Positions 1-13,526 of a stretch of DNA of 64,000 nt are shown piece after piece. The position numbers and the translations under genes were made by a program. Origin of the DNA: Octopus sinensis (taxonomy: Eukaryota); contig NC_042997.1 of assembly GCF_006345805.1 (NCBI RefSeq), positions 154,070,001 to 154,134,000 on the forward strand, written 5' to 3'. A model generated the notes under the pieces. It saw only the letters and a list, made by a program, of their open reading frames with translations. It had not been told where the DNA came from and did no database searches. Numbering within the stretch: the stretch's first letter is position 1; every line of letters begins with the position of its first letter.

Positions 1-302
1 GTGTGGCTGTTGCCAGTACTGCCTGACTAGCCCTCGTGCTGGTGGCACATAAAAGCACCCACTACACTCTTGGGAGTTAACAGTGAAATTTTAAATCCTG
101 CAACCATGATATCATCAATGACATCATTCCTATGATTTTAAACCCTTTTTGTCATATTTCTGGTGAAATACATTACTTTTGCTTCTGTTAATTTTGAAAA
201 TAATGAAAAAAATTTAGTAAGACAACTTTATCGTTATTAAACTTCTGTTTGGAACAGAAAATAGCATCAAATTTTGTTGGAAAGTTTTTAATTCAGTCCA
301 CT

Positions 303-966
303 TTATCCCTTCAGCATTTAAACAGACCACATCAGGCCCATATAGTCTACCTGTTATATGTTCAAACTGGCCAGATCTGGCCTCTCACACCTATCCTACA
401 ATGTCATTCTATAAAAAATAAAGATAATAAATAAAGGCGCAGGAGTGGCTGTGTGGTAAGTAGCTTGTTTACCAACCACATGGTTCCGGGTTCAGTCCCA
501 CTGCGTGACACCTTGGGCAAGTGTCTTCTGCTATAGCCTCGGGCCGACCAAAGCCATGTGAGTGGATTTGGTAGACGGAAACTGAAAGAAGCCCGTCGTA
601 TATATGTATATATATATATGTGTGTGTGCGTATATGTTTGTGTGTCTGTGTTTGTCCCCCTAGCATTGCTTGACAACTAATGCTGGTGTGTTTATGTCCC
701 CGTCACTTAGCGGTTCGGCAAAAGAGACCGATAGAATAAGTACTGAGCTTACAAAGAATAAGTCCCGGGGTCGATTTGCTCGATTAAAGGCGGTGCTCCA
801 GCATGGCCGCAGTCAAATGACTGAAACAAGTAAAAGAGTAAAGAGAGTAAGAGTATCACATCTTCAATATCTCAAAAGCTAAGAGATAATACATAATTAA
901 TTCAAAACGATATGAATAAATAAATAAGCATGACATATGACAGAATAATCTGAATAATAAAGGGTA
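303..966. mobile_element. ~215-bp piggyBac-type MITE, split by SINE A
   Basis: Family termini TTAACCCTTTAGCATT...AATGCTAAAGGGTTAA (degenerate in this copy). Other copies at ~1110-1295, 15640-15830, 27070-27275, 29872-30092, 35468-36010 and 36071-36288. Confidence 0.7.
435..852 (+). mobile_element. tRNA-headed SINE family A, full length, inserted in a piggyBac-type MITE
   Basis: Box A/B-like TGGCTGTGTGG and GGTTCAGTCCC; internal (TA)/(TG) microsatellite; tail GGTGCTCCAGCATGGCCGCAGTCAAATGACTGAAAC + (AGTAAAAG)n. Many copies in the window. Confidence 0.85.
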
Positions 967-1399
967 AAAATTGAAAGCCTGGAGTGGTCTCTGGTGAGTT
1001 GGTACTGGATGAACCACTCATTATAAAATGTCAATGGAACTCATTTATCCAGAAGATGAGTTCCCTATGTAAATCATTGTTTTACATTCATGCTCCATGC
1101 TGGCATAGATTTAACCCTTTAGCATTTAAACTGGCCATATCTGGCCTAAATATTCAACCTGTTTTATGTTCTAACTGGCTAGATCCAACCTCTCATATCT
1201 GTCCTACAATGTTAGTCTAAAAATAAACAATCACATAATCAAAATCTCAAAACTTCAAGATAATGCAGGATAAATTCAAAACAGAATAATGTGAATGCCA
1301 AGTCAGCTGTTTGGAGTTACTGGTTTCCAAGACAGATTGGAGGAAACCATGTTTTATTCATATGTTTTCATTTGGTGAGGTTTCTACTGCTGTATGCTT

Positions 1400-1920
1400 T
1401 CCTTAATACCAACCACTTTACTAAGTGTAGTGGGTGCTTGTTATTGTGGCACCAGCACAAGAGAAGTTGCTTTGTCTACTCTAAGCTTTGTCCATGTATT
1501 CAAGGCATACTTGGGCAAAGTTAGTATGAGTGAAATTAAAGAGAGACTGTTGAGTTTTATATTGAGCTTTGGTGTTGGAGAAGACTTTTACGGATTCCAT
1601 GGACAGTGAGGCTCAACAATGGAGAAGTTCTTCAGCAGATAAGGCCAAAAATGTCACTAGAAGCTAGGATCACCAAGCATAGATTGGCATATTTCGGTCA
1701 TATTATGCGGAGAAAATCCCAGGAGAAGGACATCATGCTCGGAATGGTCAGTGGCAAGAGAGGAAGAGGCTGACCAAGAACCCGCTGGCTTGACACCATC
1801 AAGAGAGATACCGGAATGGACATAGTCAATCTGAATGAAGCGGCCCAGGATAGAACTGACTGGAGGACACTGATTCAACAAGTGACCGACAGTCGACTTC
1901 GACTGAGCGGTTAGAAGAAG
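1400..1920 (+). mobile_element. RTE-type LINE 3' fragment (degenerate, rearranged)
   Basis: QIRPKMSLEARITKHRLAYFGHIMRR..GKRGRG.PRTRWLD..; ends CTGAGCGGTTAGAAGAAG. Confidence 0.65.
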
Positions 1921-4472
1921 TGTCAGAAAAACTGGTTGCAGCTTAGAAGATGTAATGCTCTGCAGTCTCTCTCTAATTTCACTCATGTCAACTTCCCCTT
2001 GAGAAATACATTATGACCAGTGATATCTAACAATATCTGATTGTCTGGTTTATACTGTGCATGCACGCACACACAAAAAGCACTGTAAGCATGACCCTTC
2101 TGGAGTTTTTCTGAGAGTGAATGAACTGAAAGAAAGCTGTGACTCATGGGGGTATGAGGCATATTAACACAGCCCTTATGTTCCTGCCTATTTGGCATTG
2201 TTGATTCAATGATGACTTTTCTGACATTAGACATTTCAATGTTTCTCTTGTTTACTCTCTCTCTGTTTATGTGTGTGAATGTATTTATGTATATGAGGAG
2301 AGAGGAAAGTGTTTATGTCAACATAAACGCTTTATGTGGCACGTCACATAAAGAGTTCTCATGCGGTGCCATGTAAGAAAGCACTCATGCTGGCACTGTG
2401 TAAAAATGTACCCGTGCCAGTGCCACATGAATCTCACCCATGCTGGCACCATTTAAAAAAGCGTCCAGTACACTGTGTAAAGTGGTTGGAATTAGGAAGG
2501 GTCTCCAGCCATAGAAACCGTGCTAAAACAGATGGAACCTGGTGTGCAGCCCGCTGGCTCGCCAGATCGTCAGACCATGTGACCCATACCAGCATGGAAA
2601 ATGAATATTAAGTAATGATGATGTGTTCAATTAATAGCTTGTAATGTCTCATTCTTTCACCCTCTCTTGCTCTCTCTGTGTATATTTCTGCACCTACTTG
2701 TATATTTGCATGTTTGCCTCTAGTGCAAAATGTTCTTTTGCTAAAACTGGTTCAGTGTCCTGTCAGCAATGCCAAATTGTCAGTGTCCAAACAGTTGCAT
2801 CCAGTCATTTCATTCTAGATATATAGGGAATCCCAGTAGTTAGCAGTGTATCAAGATATACAGTTATCCTCAGACTGGGGGCCTAGTCTAAAGGCTAGCA
2901 ACAGAATAGACTCTGCTAAAGGTAAACAAGGGGCAAGTATGTTTTAGAATGTGGATGAAGTTTGGAAAAAGAGAAAACAGTGAATAACTATGCACAAGGG
3001 AAGTTCAGCTTGGGTGAAACATGTTGTTGTTGACTTGTCATGTAAAAAGTTATGTGACTGATACTATAAGGTTCAGATACTTATTGGAAATGAGATGATT
3101 GAATGCTGTTGTTTGGATGGTGAACATTTGGCAAGGCTGACTGGACATTCAACCTGTTGTGGCAAGAGTACATTTTGGCATTAGCGGACAAACATACATG
3201 CATGCATGCAGAAATACACACATAGACATATGTGCCAGTGTCACGTAAAAAGCATCAATGCTGGTGCCACATAAAAGCACCTGTGCTGGTGCTGTGTACC
3301 CAGTACACTAAATGATGATGATGACATAAAAAGAGTGAGAGAGAGACATTACAATTTAATAATTGAATATTATTGTAATAAACACTTTTCCTCTCCTCAC
3401 ACACAATAAGAAATAAGCTCACACACCTAAACAGAGAGAGAGAGAGAGAAAAGAGATGAGGGAAAAAATGAAAGAAACATTAAAATGGTGTCAAATAAGC
3501 CAGTGTTATCTCAGCTACATCAAATAGGAGGCACCAAAGTGGCTGTTCACATATGTCTCCTACCCAAGTATTATACATCTCATTAGTCATGTAATAGAAA
3601 TGTAGTTATCTTCTATAATGGCATCATGGAAACAAAATCAGTTTCCCACCTCTTTTACTACTATAACTGTTTTACTCTTCTGAACTAGTTAACACTATAA
3701 TCTCTCCCTCGAGTCCACTGGACTACTATGTTTCTCTCCTGGCCATGCTTTCCCTGCAATGACCTGCAGATGTTGAAGCTGAAACAGCAACAGCATATAT
3801 CTCACCAGTCTAGAAGTGTAGCCTGCAAAAATCATGTATAACTGACTCTGCACCTCTGATTAAATTAATAAAAAATAGCGATATTTTTTTATCTTTATTT
3901 GTTATATTTCTGTACACTCTGTAAAGTGGTTGGTGTTTGAAAGAGCATCCAGCTGTAGAAACCATGTCAGCTTGGCACAGTTCTTTGGCTTACCAACCCA
4001 TGCTAACATGGAAAATGTTAACTGATGATGTTTTTATTTTATTTGTTTTTGCATTTGATATTAGTATATTCCATGGCTAAAGGACAGGTCAACATCATTA
4101 TCTTAGACAGTTTTGTATGATGTTAAAGGTATTCTATAAAATCAGCTGAATATTTGAAACACTTTTGTTTAAAATATTGTTATGTTATCTTTGATATTAT
4201 CTCTCTGTATTCATTTTATAAAAAGAATATTGAAAACTGTAACTTTTGATATTCTAATTTTTACAGGAATCCAACAGCCACAAGCTCAGCGACCTCGTCA
4301 CAAGGCCAGTTATAGTGAAAAGATATCTCGGTCTGCACAAGCTTCAAATATTCCAATAAATAAGTCAAATTTCATGGATTAAAAGTTGATAATTAGGAAA
4401 AAAAAAAAGAGTAGTCTAAATTATTAATTTATCTTTTAATTGAAATATTTCAACTTAAAAAACCAAATCACG

Positions 4473-4689
4473 ATGCCAAATAATTTTTTTGATAAAATTA
4501 AACTAGATCGCTTCTTTAGGAAAGCTGGCCCTGGTCATAAATTAGCACAAGAAAAAGAAAGTCATGCCAGTTCATCTTTGCATTCCAATTTATCCGGTGG
4601 CCCTTCATCATTACCCACAGCCTCTAAAACAGAATCAGAACAGAGAGCTGCAGCTGCTGCCATTGCACGGTTCAATCAATCAAAATCAG
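4473..4689 (+). CDS. UBXN6: UBX domain-containing protein 6, coding exon 1 (N-terminus, VCP-interacting motif)
   Basis: ATG at 4473 gives MPNNFFDKIKLDRFFRKAGPGHKL...EQRAAAAAIARF, matching the UBXN6 N-terminus and VIM. Donor CAG|GTAT at 4689/4690 is phase 1. An upstream acceptor ttttacag at 4266 suggests the exon starts at 4267 with 5'UTR. Confidence 0.9.
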
Positions 4690-5171
4690 GTATATATATA
4701 AATTCTTTTATCTTTTCTTTTACTTGTTTCAGTCATTGGACTGGGGTCATGCTGGGGCACTGCCTTGAAGGGTTCTAGTTGAAGAAATTGACCTCAGTAC
4801 TTATTTTTTAAAAGTCTGTTACTTATTGTATCAGTCTCTTTGCCACACGTGTGTGTGTGTGTGTATGTGTACATATATAATTAATCAGACTCCGAAACAA
4901 TTTGTAGAATTTATATTGGATTTGTACCAAGTTGGATTTAAATTAAAGATCGTCTACACCTATATCTATTTTCTTTTTTTTAAACTTTATCTGTTGATTT
5001 TGCAAATATTGAATATATATTTTATATATATTCTTTGCTTAGATTGTACCAATGGACTTGGATGTTTGACATCCCTTTGAAGGATTTCGTTCCTCACCTC
5101 TTTTATATATATATGTGTTTGTGTGTGTGTATGTATATGTGTGTATATATATGTGTGTGTGTGTGTGTGTA

Positions 5172-5375
5172 TTCGCCTGGCCCCCGTACCGGTGGCACGT
5201 AAAAAGCACCCACTACACTCACGGAGTGGTTGGCGTTAGGAAGGGCATCCAGCCGTAGAAACATTGCCAGATCAGACTGGGCGTGGTGCAGCTTCTGGCT
5301 TCCCAGACCCCAGTTGAACCATCCAACCCATGCTAGCATGGAAAGCGGACGCTAAACGATGATGATGATGATGAT
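5172..5375 (+). mobile_element. Short RTE 3'-tail retroposon copy ending in (GAT)n
   Basis: GGTGGCACGTAAAAAGCACC...TTGGCGTTAGGAAGGGCATCCAG...CCATGCTAGCATGG...(GAT)n. Same as the 3'UTR of the RTE copies at 31230-31545 and 35090-35275. Also at ~2335-2623, 3905-4030, 24048-24492 and 26750-26916. Confidence 0.8.
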
Positions 5376-5524
5376 AGATAGACGTATATGTGTGTATGTA
5401 TGTATGTATGTATGTATATGTGTGTATATAGTTGAAATTTACAGAATAACAAAAGACAAAGACAAGTGTATAAACAACAAGTAGGTGTATTAGTTTGACA
5501 CTTGGGAAGTGGGAAGGTGAGAAA

Positions 5525-5564
5525 GTCTTTTTATGTTTCGAGTCTATGCTCTTCAACAGAAAGG
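5525..5564 (-). ncRNA. Hammerhead-ribozyme-like motif (Penelope-type, variant core)
   Basis: Minus strand: ccttt CTGTTGAA gagc atag actc GAAA cata aaaag. Confidence 0.5.
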
Positions 5565-5639
5565 AAACGAGGAAAAATCAAAGTTCAAAAAAATTTCAAA
5601 TAGGTTCAAACGTGATGGTGTATTGCAGCGATTTTTCAT

Positions 5640-5684
<45 letters not shown>

Positions 5685-6499
5685 GAGCAAAACACCCCCT
5701 GTCCAATGGACAGTGCTGAGTTGTCAAACATTTAAACCAAGTTTTCTCAAAACAATTTGTCCGACTGTCCCATAGGCCTCCCTTTGAGAAACACTGATTT
5801 AACCTAAATTTAAGACACCAAACAGGCCGGCTTTTTTTGCGCAAACTGCACTTGCATTTTTCTCGCGTATGCATAGTATTGATCACAACAGCTGATGTAC
5901 TTGCACCTACAAGTGCATGTTCCCACGGCTTTATTGATCGCATTCTCACCTGGAATCGATTTTTGTAATTTTTTCAAGACTTATACACGCCCTGATACCG
6001 TCAGTATCTATATATCAAATTTGAGCGCAATCGGATGGAGGATGCCCGAGATCCTAGAAGACACACACACACACAGACACAGAATGGATTTTATATAATA
6101 GATATATATATATACACACACACACATGATGGGCTTCCACACAGTTTCTGCTTACTAAATTCACTCACAAGTTATGGTTCAGCCTGTGGTTATTGTAGAA
6201 GACACTGCTCAAAGTGCTGTACATTGGGACCAAACCCCCAACCATGTGACTGCTAAGCAAGCTTCTTAACCCCACACCCATATCTGTATCTAGCACCCAG
6301 TACACTCTGTAAAGTGGTTGGCATCAGGAAGGGCATCTTTTATGCCATCAAATGCAGCAATCTCCAAACTCATGTCTGAGTTCTTGAACGTTAACAATAA
6401 CAAAGCAACATTTAGTATTGAAATAAGGATTAAAGACTATGCAGATGAAGGGAGATTATTTTTAGTTGTTTATATCACATTGACCAAATATTCTTTTCT

Positions 6500-6890
6500 A
6501 CACTAGGCACAAGGCCCGAAAATTTTGGGGAGGGAGCCAGCTGATTAATTAGATCAACCCCAGAACGCAACTGGAGCGTAATTTATCGACCCTGAAAGGA
6601 TGAAAGGCAAAGTCGACCTCTGTGGAATTTGAACTCAGAACGTAAAGACAGATGAAATACCTATTTCTTTACTACCCACAAGGGGCCAAATACAGAGGGG
6701 ACAAACAAGGACAGACAAACGGATTAAGTCGATTACATCGACCCTAGTGCGTAACTGGTACTTAATTTATCGACCCCGAAAGGATGAAAGGCAAAGTCGA
6801 CCTCGGCTGAATTTGAACTCAGAACGTAATGGCAGACGAAATACCGCTAAGCATTTTGCCCGGCATGCTGTTTCTGCCAGCTCACTGCCT
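6500..6890 (-). mobile_element. SINE family B, tandem dimer
   Basis: Repeated core GAGTTCAAATTCCGCCGAGGTCGACTTTGCCTTTCATCCTTTCGGGGTCGATAAATTAAGTACCAG (reverse complement). Confidence 0.85.
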
Positions 6891-7272
6891 TCACTGACCA
6901 AATATTGCCTCTGTAATATAACTATAAGTGTCTCCTCCACCCAATTTTACATCCGTTTTTCATGCTAGGCTGAAATGAATACATATTATTAAGGCATTTT
7001 TTTTACAAACTTCTTAATCACATAGTTATTCCTGTTGTTTCTCCTTAGGTTTCTACATAAATATTTTCTTTTGATATATTTTTTAGGCATTGAAGACCTT
7101 TACTATATTTTAACTATTTTCTCTCACATTTCCTAGAATTGATGTTTCTCACTTACCTTTCCACATTACTTTCTATTGTGGTTATTAGTTTCTATCAGTG
7201 TACAATTTTGCTGATTCAGAACTCATTATTGCTTCTCATCCCATGTCTATTTAAGATTTATCCATATTATAT

Positions 7273-7662
7273 CTCTTTTACTTGTTTCAGTCATGTGACT
7301 GTGGCCATGCTGGAGCACTGCCTTTAGTCGAGCAAATCGACCCCAGGACTTATTCTTTGTAAGCCTAGTACTTATTCTATTGGTCTCTTTTGCTGAACCG
7401 CTAAGTTACAGGGACGTAAACACACCAGCATCGGTTGTCAAGCGACGTGTGTGTGTGTGTGTGTGTGGGGGGGGAGCAAACACACACACACACATATATA
7501 CGACGGGCTTCTTTCAGTTTCTGTCTGCCAAATCCACTCACAAGGCTTTGGTCGGCCCGAGGCTATAGTAGAAGACACTTGCCCAAAGTGCCATGCAGTG
7601 GGACTGAACCCGGAACTATGTAGTTCGTAAGCAAGCTACTTACCACACAGCCACTCCTACAC
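7273..7662 (-). mobile_element. SINE family A, full length
   Basis: Reverse complement of 435-852. Confidence 0.88.
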
Positions 7663-7837
7663 CTATATATGATGGTATGAAATTTCTAATTGAAAGAGAT
7701 CAGTATAAAAGCCTTTTTAGCTTTATTTATTTTTTTTAATGCATTAGTTACAATTACTTTAAGAAATCTAAATGTTCAAAAGTTAAAGTAAATTTTAATA
7801 ATCAAATTTTTCATTAAACTTTGTTATATTTTCACAG

Positions 7838-8937
7838 GGGAATGCCGGCCTGTTATGAAAACTAGAGTGCGTAGTGGAACTAAAACTAGCACCACAGACC
7901 ACCAACAATCTCCAGATACTTCTGCCAAAGCAGGGGAGTCTGAAAAGAGTAACACCGAAAGTTGCCCCTTTCTCTTATTTACATGTCCTGATATTGGACC
8001 TGCAGTGCTTCCTAAACAAGAAATTAATGAATATATCCGAGAGTTTCTATATAACTCCCTTGAAGCACAGCCTGAAATGGCCTCGACCTTGATGATTCAG
8101 ACTCTGAATAAAAATAAAGAAGCCGTAAAAGTTTGTGTTGACATCTTAACAAAATATATAGACAACCTTATTAACAACCCCGGTGAGGAAAAATTCAGGA
8201 AATTCCGACTTAATAACCGAGCGTTTCAGGAGAAGGTCAACCCTATGGAAGGGAGTGAAGAATTTCTACTTACTTGTGGTTTTGAGAGGAAAAGTCTAAA
8301 GCTTGATGATCAACCTGAAGAAATGTATTTTATCATTCCAGAAGAAAAAGCTCAAAACGTTGACTATCTGAAACATATGAAAGACTGTCTTCTATCAGCT
8401 GAACCAATTCGACCTCAGCTTGATCGAGCCTTGCGAGTATATACCCCTCAACATATGCCAAATTTTGTAATACCTGATGACTTCTACAATCTCACTCCAG
8501 CTGAACTCAAGAGAGAACAACAGTTACGTAGTGAAAACACAGAAAGGATTGAAATTCTTCGAACGAAAGCCATGCGAGAACGTGACGAGAAACGAGAACT
8601 TCGTCGTTATCGTTACACTATGATACGTATTCGTTTTCCTGATAGTGTTGTCTTGCAAGGAACCTTTTGGGCTCAAGAAAAATTAAGTGATCTGAGGAAA
8701 TTTGTACAAGACAATTTAAGACTTGATTGGATACCATTTAATTTAGTGAATCCAACAGGACATAGACTTGAAGAAGACTTGACACTAATTGAACTTGGCC
8801 TTGCACCAACTGCTGTGGTTAATTTCATTGTTGATGAAGACATAATTAATGATCTGGCCCTTCAGCCAGGAACTGCTAATAAAGCTGGATCATTTTTGAA
8901 GTCTGATATTCAATGCTTACTTCAGGAATTTCCCTAA
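7838..8937 (+). CDS. UBXN6: UBX domain-containing protein 6, coding exon 2 (PUB + UBX domains)
   Basis: Acceptor ttttcacag at 7837 joins in frame with exon 1 (G+GG, GAA TGC CGG CCT GTT ATG). PUB-like KYIDNLINNPGEEKFRKFRLNN..FQEKV, then PDDFYNLT.ELKREQ, LRTKAMRE, and UBX YRYTMIRIRFPD..LQGTF..LGLAPTA. Stop TAA at 8937; joined CDS is 438 aa. Confidence 0.93.
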
Positions 8938-10554
8938 ATTGCCTTAATATTATTTTTGAACATTAATTTAAAACAAAAATTGAAAATTAAAAAACAAAAA
9001 AAAAAGCAGAAGCAAAAACAAAACAACAAACATACTAAAACACAAAATATTTCAAGGCTCACTTATCAAGGATACTATATGTTGAATATTTTGAACTGAT
9101 TTAAATGACTGATATATCACTGGTTAAATTTTTATTATCAGAACACTTTTCCTGCTTACTAACACTTGACAAGATCGTTTTTTAGAGTAACTCTACAAGA
9201 AAAAATATTCTATTTTCTATTTTTCACCAAACCATGTAAATTCATTATTAAGTTCATGTAGTGTGCATTTCCCAATTGAGTTATTTGAAATTGAAGAAAT
9301 TTATCATAGAATATTAATCAGCGATTATTATAATTGCAGCCATGTAAGGTATTTGTGAAAACTAGCCGTAGATAGGAATTATATAACATTATTATAGACT
9401 AATGCTTTTAATGCGCACCAACTTGAGAGCCCCACTGATACAAGCTTTCCATTTTGAAGTGTCCAAGTCTAAATAAAAACTTTCCATTGTAACTTCTTGT
9501 AAGGACCTTTGCGCTGGCTCAGTCATGTACATTGCATGCTAGATGAAACGATCCTGAAAGACCTCCTGCATGGAGAATTGTTTTAAGCCACTGTTAATTA
9601 TTTTATTAAATTTATCATTATTTTCTAAATTAATTGAAACAGCAGCAGTGTATTTCATTAGAAATATAACTACAAATGGGTTAAACCCAAATCACACTAA
9701 CATTCATTGCTGCAGTTGTAAAAAGCAGTTTCGCTCAAATAGTAGATTTTGACAATCTAATGGCTTGTATTAGTCAGTCTGTCAGTAATAACTTGATATC
9801 ATTATAAACTATATGCAATAAAGATAATCAGGAAATGGTGAGAATGGAAGAGACTTCAGTTTAGTAACCGTTTTAAATACCATTTTATGAAGAATGAACT
9901 TTTAATTTTAGATTTGTATTATTTTAGGGAAGTGCAATGGATGTTTATCTGTAAAGGAGAAGAAGAATAAAAAAAATAAATTTTTGAAGCATTTTAAAAC
10001 TCTGCCATTATACTTCTATGATTTTAAAAGGCAATATTTGGGCAGTGTGATATGGACTGAAAAATGCCCTTCCTTTATCTGTATAATCTTTAATCTTGTT
10101 ATTTCCACACTAAATGTTGCTTTGCTATTGCTTAGCTTCAAGAATTTGGGTATTAAAGCTTGGGGATTATTATTTTTAATCGCAGGAGCTTGATCATGTC
10201 ACTTATAGTGGATGGAAAAGATAAGCAGAGCACTTGTTAACCTTGTATCTACATCACTAAGAGAAGAAAATTCATAATATAAAGCTGGATATATGTGATA
10301 GAGAAATTACCTATCAAGAATTGGAAAGTTATTTCGAAAACGGAGTGTTCAGTTCCCTACTTATATTTTTCTCAAACAGACCATGAGATTGGTTAAATAA
10401 ATGATTTTGTTCTGAGAATATTTCTGAATTTTTAATTGATAATTGTTCTGCCTTTGATGACATATGGTATGTTTGTTATTGTTTAGCCCCAGGTTAGTCC
10501 TGATTGAGCAGACCTATGATCAAAGTTGTCGATGTCATAGCTATCTTATGTTTT

Positions 10555-10670
10555 TGTATATCAGAGTCTACATTGTCCAGTTTGTCCTTGCTTTTTTTTA
10601 AAGGACAGTATTGTGTATATCAGAGTCTACATTGTCCAGTTTGTCCTTGCTTTTTTTAAAGACAGTATTG
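10555..10670. repeat. ~58-bp direct tandem duplication
   Basis: TGTATATCAGAGTCTACATTGTCCAGTTTGTCCTTGCTTTTTTT..GACAGTATTG occurs twice in a row. Confidence 0.9.
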
Positions 10671-10834
10671 TGGAATTTCAGGGAGGTTTGACATCTTTAT
10701 CTAGCAGGTTGAATGACCCCATATAGGCTCTTTCAGTTTATGGTTTGAGATAGAGGTGAGTCTTTGGTGGGTTGGCAGAATTAAAAGCATCAAAAAAGCT
10801 TTGCAGTATTTAGTTGACACTCTGTGTCAACTAA

Positions 10835-11520
10835 AATTGACTCATCCGTTGGTCTCGAGAGGCCATGGATCTGTGCCCAAAGTAATTGTGTCAGCTGCTG
10901 ATGGCTGTGCAGTGTCTGTTGTTGCTGTACAGGCCCAAACAGGGGAGGCAGTCATGTGTATGGCAACTGCATTTGAAGGAACTCTCTACTGGCACTCCTG
11001 TTTTTTTTCCTTCCATTGAGTGCGCTTTTCTTTGGTGGCGAGTTCCTGTTTTTCTTCTGCTCTCTTCATCCCCTTTCACAATATTTGTCTCTAGTGTAGG
11101 CGATCATTTGAAACCTCTTCCCATCTCAAGACGTCCAGCTCAAGTGTCTTCATATCCCTGTTACAGACGTCCTTGAAACGAAGATGAGGTCGTCCTTGTG
11201 CTCTTGTGCTGGTGGCCAATTCTCCATACAGGAGGTCTTTCAGGATCCATCCATCTGGCATATGATGTACATGACTGAGCCAGCGCAAATGATACTGCTG
11301 GAGCAGGGTGACTATGCTGAGTATCTTAGTTCGGTTGAGGACTTTGGTGTTGGTGATGTAGTCGGTCCGCTTGATAGCCATGATGTGCCTCAAATTATGC
11401 AGGTGAAAGATGTTCAGATGCCACTCTTGTCTGGAGTAGAGGCTCTGTCTCACTGCCATAAAGTAGCCTACAAAGGATGCACACCTTATAGACAGCAATA
11501 ATGGTGTCAGCAGCCAGTTT
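10835..11520 (-). mobile_element. RTE LINE ORF2 3' fragment
   Basis: FHLHNLRHIMAIK..DYITNTKVL..LRWLSHVHHMPDG.ILKDLLYGEL...RAQGRPHLRFKD (ORF 11091..11498). Confidence 0.85.
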
Positions 11521-12049
11521 TTTGTTTTCCTTTATCATTTTACATAACAGTAATAATACTCATTCACATGAAAATTTGATCTTGCAACTATAAACCATTA
11601 AAGAACATTTCAAATTTGAGTGAAAATATGTGGTCATTTGATCTGCCAGAAATAGCAACCAAATCTCTCTTATATCACATCTTAAAAATAGATGTGTCAT
11701 GCTAGGAAATTATTGTGTCACAGCTGGAATGCTTTTTGATCCTAAGTTTGCTTGATCAGGGCTGAGTAGGGGCTAAACAGCACATTAGATTCCAATTTGT
11801 GTGGTGTCCTTTTGTTGCAACATACACACACCAAGCCTTCTTATGTCTATTTATCTTCATTTTTCTCTCTCTCTCTCTTGTCCTATGACCTCAAGTCTTC
11901 AGTATGACTTCATTTGAGTGATATTAATTATTCACTAAATTCCATTGATGTGGATGTAAAAAGTAATCTTATACTAAAATGTTCTGATGAGCATTTGTTT
12001 TTTTTTTATCAATTTTTTTTTTACTCTGCTTAGACATATTGCATCTGAG

Positions 12050-12520
12050 ATCTTGGTAGCACTTGATTAGGCTCTCCACTATACTCTCATGCTGGATCAC
12101 TTGGTGCTTTCCCAGAAGTCCTTTGCATACATCGAAGTCCTCATCAGCTATAAGTTGACGAATCTGAGGGCCTGCAAATATGCCCTCTTTAATCTTGGCA
12201 TCACTTATTTTAGGGAAGATCGCCTTGAGGTACTAGAAACATGGCTTGTTATGTTGCAGCGCTTTGGTAAATTGCTTCATTAGGCCCTTGCAGTGGTGCA
12301 AAATGATCTTCTCCTTAACTAGTGGCTCATGATTTACATTATGGCATCCAGGCGTCATAGTTTCCCGAGGTGGCCATTCAAAGCATACATGATGTCCCAA
12401 TCTGGCCCTACTATCCCACTCGCAAAGGAAGCACGTAAACTTGGTGTATCCAGTTTGTAACCCATTAAGTAGGACTACTATTTTCAAGTACACACAAATT
12501 AGTCACTCATGGTCCTTGTA
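12050..12520 (-). mobile_element. DNA transposase relic (Chapaev3/CMC-like)
   Basis: GLQTGYTKFTCFLCEWDSRAR..H....WPPR....PG..NV..EPLV....GLMKQF.KAL; superfamily assigned from memory of the motif. Confidence 0.6.
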
Positions 12521-13174
12521 ACTTCTGCTGTATAGACACAGGTGTGGCTGTGTGATAAGAAACTGGCTTCTCAACCACATGGTTCAGGATTCAGGCAAAT
12601 GTTTCTATTATAGTCTTGGGCCTACCAAAGCCTTGCGAGTGGATTTGACACCGAGTGAAAAATACATAAACACACGAGCGATAAATTCAGGACAAATTGC
12701 CAAAAAATATACAATAGGAACAGGATTTCACTAACAAATGAAAATTATGTCAACACATAATGAGAAACAAGTACGGGACAAAATACCACAAAAAGTCTAA
12801 CCCCTTTTCAGTTTTCGACTGTTAATTACTCCCTATTTCAAGCTTTCAACGACAATATAGGAAAACTTCATTAAACTGCAGTATCCAGAAATTAAAAAAA
12901 ATATAGAATTTTTAGAGAGTTAGAGCTTTGAATGAATAAACAATGACGGTGGACGTACAGAGTAAACAATCGCCGGAGACACATTAAGGGCTGTTTTTTG
13001 GTAATTTGTCCTGTACTTATCTCTCATGTGTTTACGTATTTTTCACTCGTTGGTGATGTCCTGTACTTGATGTATTTTATATTTATTTTTATTTATAATC
13101 GAATGCGATGCAGCTTTGTCCACAGTAAGTTTTTACTTTTATACATATATATGTGTGTGTGTGTTTGTATATAG

Positions 13175-13526
13175 GGTCTTTTCCTTTTGAACGGCAGTTT
13201 TCAACACAATTTCTGGATCTTTTCCTTTTGAACGGCAGTTTTCAACACAATTTCTAGTTAACTAAACACTTTTAAACTTCGTATACTGGTAGAATGTGTC
13301 AAAATAAAAACATTTTTTTCTCTTGACTTTCTTGAGAAAATTGTAATTTGTAAGTTTAACGTAGTTTAATTTTTCGAATTTTAACCAATCAATTGCCTCT
13401 ATTGAGCTAAAATCATTTGGTGCGTCTAAAACTGAGACAGACACATTCTACCAGTATACGAAGTTTAAAAGTGTTTAGTTAACTAGAAATTGTGTTGGAA
13501 ACTGCCGTTCAAAAGGAAAAGATCCT
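13175..13526. mobile_element. MITE with ~85-bp terminal inverted repeats
   Basis: 13216-13300 GGATCTTTTCCTTTTGAACGGCAG...GAATGTGTC is the near-perfect reverse complement of 13440-13525. The left ~41 bp is duplicated. The element sits in a TA context. Confidence 0.85.

Larger units (their letters stand above)
4712..6290 (-). mobile_element. SINE A split by ~1.25 kb of nested insertions (UBXN6 intron)
   Basis: SINE A tail at 4712-4860 and head at 6120-6290. Between them lie an RTE-tail copy (5172-5375), a hammerhead element (5425-5640) and a Helitron/HINE-like element (5685-6103). Confidence 0.65.

Noticed and set aside
404-882. Recurrent short ORFs (RRASFSFRLPNPLT..., also 7380-7623 and 20222-20513)
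   Set aside because: They are reading frames through SINE A copies, not a gene family.
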